Shown here piece after piece: positions 59,914-64,000 of a stretch of DNA of 64,000 nt (the first letter of the stretch is position 1; the number at the start of each line of letters is the position of its first letter). The stretch comes from Blastocatellia bacterium (GTDB taxonomy: Bacteria > Acidobacteriota > Blastocatellia > UBA7656). The stretch spans positions 864,001 through 928,000 of the forward strand of contig CAVXWP010000008.1 of NCBI GenBank assembly GCA_963765495.1, given 5' to 3'. Both the position numbers and the translations under genes were made by a program. The notes under the pieces are model-generated. The model searched no databases. It was not told the origin of the DNA and worked only from the letters and a program-made list of their open reading frames with translations.

Positions 59914-61572
59914 ATGGAAACTATCGAAGCACCTCGCAAAGAAGAGACCCTCATCGACCGCCCCCACGTGATTCTCTCAAAGAAGAGAAGATGGGCGGTG
60001 ACGGCAGGAGTGATGCTGGGAATGTTCCTGGCCGCGCTCGAAGCCACCGTCGTGAGCACAGCCATGCCTACGGTCATAGCCTCGCTTGGCGGGCTCGACC
60101 GCTATAGCTGGGTCTTTTCCGCCTATCTTCTCACTTCGACCGTGACCGTTCCCGTCTGGGGAAGGCTTTCGGACCTTTACGGAAGGCGGCCTCTCTACTT
60201 CTCAGGCATTATTTTGTTCCTTATTGGTTCGGCCCTTTCAGGCGCATCGGGTACGATAAACCAGTTGATCTTTTTTCGAGCGGTGCAGGGGCTCGGCGCA
60301 GGCGCGCTGATACCTCTGAGCATGACGATCAATGCCGACATCTACACTTTGCGCGAGCGGGCGCGCATACAGGGGCTCTTCAGCGGCGTGTTTGGACTTG
60401 CTTCGATACTCGGGCCCCTCGTAGGCGGATTTATCACCGACAATCTTTCGTGGCGCTGGGTCTTTTATATCAACATTCCTTTCGGCCTGGCGGCGGCTCT
60501 GGTTGTGGGCGCTGCCCTTGTCGAGCCAAAGCGAACGACGAAACCTGTTATTGATTACGCGGGGGCACTCTGGCTGACTATTGCCATTACTCTGCTCCTG
60601 CTCGCGCTGGTCGAAAGCGGCGACCCTCATATGTGGACAAGCCCTCTGATGATTTCAGCCGTCACGGGCACGATTTTTTTTGCGATTCTCTTTGTCTGGA
60701 CCGAAAGGCGCACGCCGGAGCCTATCGTCCCGTTTTCGATGTTTCGCAACCGAATAGTAACAGTCAGTTCGATCACTTCATTTTTGATAGGCACGGCGAT
60801 GTTCGGCGCGATCTCGTTTATACCCCTGTTTGTTCAGGGGGCGCTCGGCGGCACGGCGACCGAAGCAGGTTCGGCGCTCACACCGCTTCTGATGGGATGG
60901 GTGATTATGGCGGTCGTGAGCGGCAGGATGATGTTGAGAATCGGTTATCGCCCTACGGTCATCGCCGGGCTTGTAGTTATGGCGCTCGGATTCGTCTTCC
61001 TGGCCATGCTTGGAAGGGAGACCCCGCGACAACTGCTCCTCGCCGATCTTGCGTTGATCGGTTCAGGGATGGGGCTGGTTCTGACAGCTCTAATAATCAC
61101 CGTTCAGAACGCGGTTAATCGCGATCAACTAGGCATAGCTACATCCGTCAATCAGTTTGCCCGCTCAATCGGAGGAGCGGTCGGAGTGGCGATGATGGGT
61201 TCTGTTCTGACCTTAAGCATCGGCTCTCATCTGGCCGAGATTCAAGCAGAGAGCGGGTTGCCGGAAGAACAGGTCGCCCACATAGCTCATAATCCGAGCG
61301 CTTTGATAGAACCTGCATCGCGTGCGGCGCTCCCCGAAGCCCTGCTCCAACCGATGGAATCGGCGCTTGCGGCGTCGCTTCACAACGTCTTTTTGATGGG
61401 GGTCGCGTTCGCCGCGCTCGCCCTTATAAGCGGATTCTGGCTCCCTTCCCGCTATGATGTCGAAGGCAAGCCCGGGGCTGAACCGGATAAGGAATCCTGC
61501 TCGCCTTCGGAATGCGAACGATTGCTGATGGGAGAGATGACAACGATTGACCCTGAGCACGAACGAGGATAA
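59914..61572 (+). CDS. MFS transporter, DHA2 (EmrB/QacA-like)
   Basis: GRLSDLYGRR, RAVQGLG, WRWVFYINIP, about 14 TMs. Confidence 0.93.
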   Translation: METIEAPRKEETLIDRPHVILSKKRRWAVTAGVMLGMFLAALEATVVSTAMPTVIASLGGLDRYSWVFSAYLLTSTVTVPVWGRLSDLYGRRPLYFSGIILFLIGSALSGASGTINQLIFFRAVQGLGAGALIPLSMTINADIYTLRERARIQGLFSGVFGLASILGPLVGGFITDNLSWRWVFYINIPFGLAAALVVGAALVEPKRTTKPVIDYAGALWLTIAITLLLLALVESGDPHMWTSPLMISAVTGTIFFAILFVWTERRTPEPIVPFSMFRNRIVTVSSITSFLIGTAMFGAISFIPLFVQGALGGTATEAGSALTPLLMGWVIMAVVSGRMMLRIGYRPTVIAGLVVMALGFVFLAMLGRETPRQLLLADLALIGSGMGLVLTALIITVQNAVNRDQLGIATSVNQFARSIGGAVGVAMMGSVLTLSIGSHLAEIQAESGLPEEQVAHIAHNPSALIEPASRAALPEALLQPMESALAASLHNVFLMGVAFAALALISGFWLPSRYDVEGKPGAEPDKESCSPSECERLLMGEMTTIDPEHERG

Positions 61573-61590
61573 GGCAAAGGATGCGGGATT

Positions 61591-61682
61591 AGTGATGCGT
61601 GAAGAGTGATGCGTGACTATCAGGTAAACCGCCTGTTAAAAAAATAGTGCTAGACAGGCAAATCACGAATCACGAAACACTC
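61591..61682. repeat. Heptamer-armed hairpin element, GATGCGT/TCACGAA family (copy E)
   Basis: GTGATGC arm, 46-nt spacer (61617-61662), TCACGAA arm; lies between convergent genes. Confidence 0.85.
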
Positions 61683-61689
61683 GCTTGTC

Positions 61690-62580
61690 TCAATGACGAT
61701 TCCTGAGCAGATCGAGCATCATTTTGGGGCTGTCTGTCTTGATCGCATCTACTCCAAGCGACGACATCGCTACCGCAATCTGAGGATCATCCACCGTCCA
61801 GACCCACACTTCGACACCGGCTTTATGTGCAAGGTCAACTATTTCCCAGGACAGTTTTTTATAAGAGACAGAGATCGAATGAGGCTTGAATTTCAAGACC
61901 TTTTCAAGCGATTCCTGATACGGGACAGTAACATCATAGCCCGGATTTATGTGCAATTTGATTCGCGGGCCAAGCTCGTCGCGGATGCGTTCGGCGGTCT
62001 TCAAATCGGGTGTTTCGAGGACCACGCGATCAAGAGCAGGAGAGGTCTTTAACGTAGCGATGGTCTTTTTAACGAGGTCATCGTATCTGGCATCGCGTTT
62101 GATTTCGATATTGAAGAGCCCGGACCTGACATCGGAGAGCAACTCATCGAGCGTAGGCACGCGGCGGCCTCCCGTGTCTTCACCCACCGGGATCAAGGTT
62201 TGCGCGGTCAATTCAGCGTAACTCATATCCGAAATCAGGCGGGTCCGTTGCAGGGGCGGCAATCCCTCGACCCGGCCAAACCTGTCATCGTGATAGATTA
62301 CGATAACGCCGTCGCGGGTCAGGTGGATGTCCGTCTCGATGCCGTCAGCGCCGATCTTGCCTGCTCGCTGAAATGCCCCGATTGTATTTTCGGTTGACTC
62401 CATCGCTCCGCCACGATGGGCTATGATCAAGGTGTGGTTCCCTCTCAGGGTCTGTTGAACGGTTGCTTTGATTCTTAGCGTGTGGCTCTCGGCGTTGACG
62501 AGTGTCGCCAGGAAAAGAGCGATCAATGCAAAGGCGGCGATGCGCCTCGCAGTCGGAGTTATCGTAGGATTATCTCTCAT
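61690..62580 (-). CDS. Glycerophosphodiester phosphodiesterase (secreted)
   Basis: IIAHRGG, ENT, IETDIH, HDD, NIEIK, VWTVD. Confidence 0.93.
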   Translation of the reverse strand: MRDNPTITPTARRIAAFALIALFLATLVNAESHTLRIKATVQQTLRGNHTLIIAHRGGAMESTENTIGAFQRAGKIGADGIETDIHLTRDGVIVIYHDDRFGRVEGLPPLQRTRLISDMSYAELTAQTLIPVGEDTGGRRVPTLDELLSDVRSGLFNIEIKRDARYDDLVKKTIATLKTSPALDRVVLETPDLKTAERIRDELGPRIKLHINPGYDVTVPYQESLEKVLKFKPHSISVSYKKLSWEIVDLAHKAGVEVWVWTVDDPQIAVAMSSLGVDAIKTDSPKMMLDLLRNRH

Positions 62581-62597
62581 AACAGACCTTCATCGGG

Positions 62598-63083
62598 TCA
62601 ATCCCCTTCGTCGAAATGTTTCTTCAGCTTATCGTAAGTGGTTTGCAGGTCTTCGGGCAGGACGCGGGTCTCGCCTATGATGGAGACGAAGTTGGCATCG
62701 CCCGTCCAGCGCGGGACTACGTGGAGATGAAGATGATCTGCCACACCGGCCCCCGCCGACTGACCGAGATTCATGCCTATGTTGAACCCGTCGGGGTTGT
62801 ATTCAGCCTCAAGCGCGGTCTGAGCGCGTTTGGTCAGCTCGATCATTTCTGTAGTGATTGCTTCGCTCAAGGAGGGGAAAGATGCAGTATGTTCGTAGGG
62901 CACGATCATCAAATGGCCGCTCGTGTAAGGAAAGAGGTTGAGGATAATGAAATTGAGTTTTGCGCGATGGACTATAAGGTAGTGACGATCTTCGCCCTGT
63001 TGAGCGCGACAGAAAACGCAGCCAGGTTCGCGTCCGGCCGAAGCGATATATTTGTAGCGCCAGGGGCTCCAGATATGTTCCAT
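62598..63083 (-). CDS. HIT-family hydrolase (Ap4A phosphorylase-like)
   Basis: IWSPWR, CVFC, HLHLHVVPRW. Confidence 0.93.
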   Translation of the reverse strand: MEHIWSPWRYKYIASAGREPGCVFCRAQQGEDRHYLIVHRAKLNFIILNLFPYTSGHLMIVPYEHTASFPSLSEAITTEMIELTKRAQTALEAEYNPDGFNIGMNLGQSAGAGVADHLHLHVVPRWTGDANFVSIIGETRVLPEDLQTTYDKLKKHFDEGD

Positions 63084-63107
63084 CTCTTCTTACGATAAAC
63101 AGTCGCC

Positions 63108-63155
63108 CAAAATGCCTAAGAGTGATGAGCTTGTCTGCTCATCACTCTTAGGCAT
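63108..63155 (-). terminator. Long perfect hairpin downstream of rpsA, probable terminator
   Basis: 19-bp perfect stem ATGCCTAAGAGTGATGAGC / GCTCATCACTCTTAGGCAT, 6-nt loop, short T-run on the minus strand. Confidence 0.7.
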
Positions 63156-63258
63156 CATTTTGAAACTATAGACCTACTCAAATCACTAGAGGAGCATGAT
63201 TTAGGAAGAAAGAATTAGATGCAAATCAGCAAGTCATTCATCCTTCATCCTTCAAAAG

Positions 63259-64000
<742 letters not shown>

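Overview
A 64-kb chromosomal window that probably comes from an Acidobacteriota genome, possibly Blastocatellia-like. This is inferred from four tandem ADOP-type orphan permeases and three Oar-like TonB-dependent receptors. Housekeeping content includes pilD, ggt, tyrS, mqnC, a tadA-tRNA-Ser-tRNA-Ser-ffs-dnaX-ybaB-recR operon, pfkA, partial rpsA and tRNA-Leu. No transposase, integrase, reverse transcriptase or CRISPR array was seen. The most unusual signal is non-coding: at least six families of hairpin elements whose arms are 7-bp or 9-bp tandem repeats sit mostly at gene 3' ends. They nest inside each other and inside a MITE-like element, supply stop codons and are translated into protein tails. 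Two otherwise divergent ADOP permeases share a ~297-bp near-identical 3' tract, and the ADOP genes are separated by a shared heptamer linker. Other highlights are a catalytically dead sigma54-activator-like protein, a dead alpha/beta hydrolase, a stand-alone PcrA/UvrD-CTD-like Tudor protein, a tadA stop codon inside a tRNA, and a frameshifted M28 peptidase. All calls were made by eye from the sequence and the ORF track; no searches were run.
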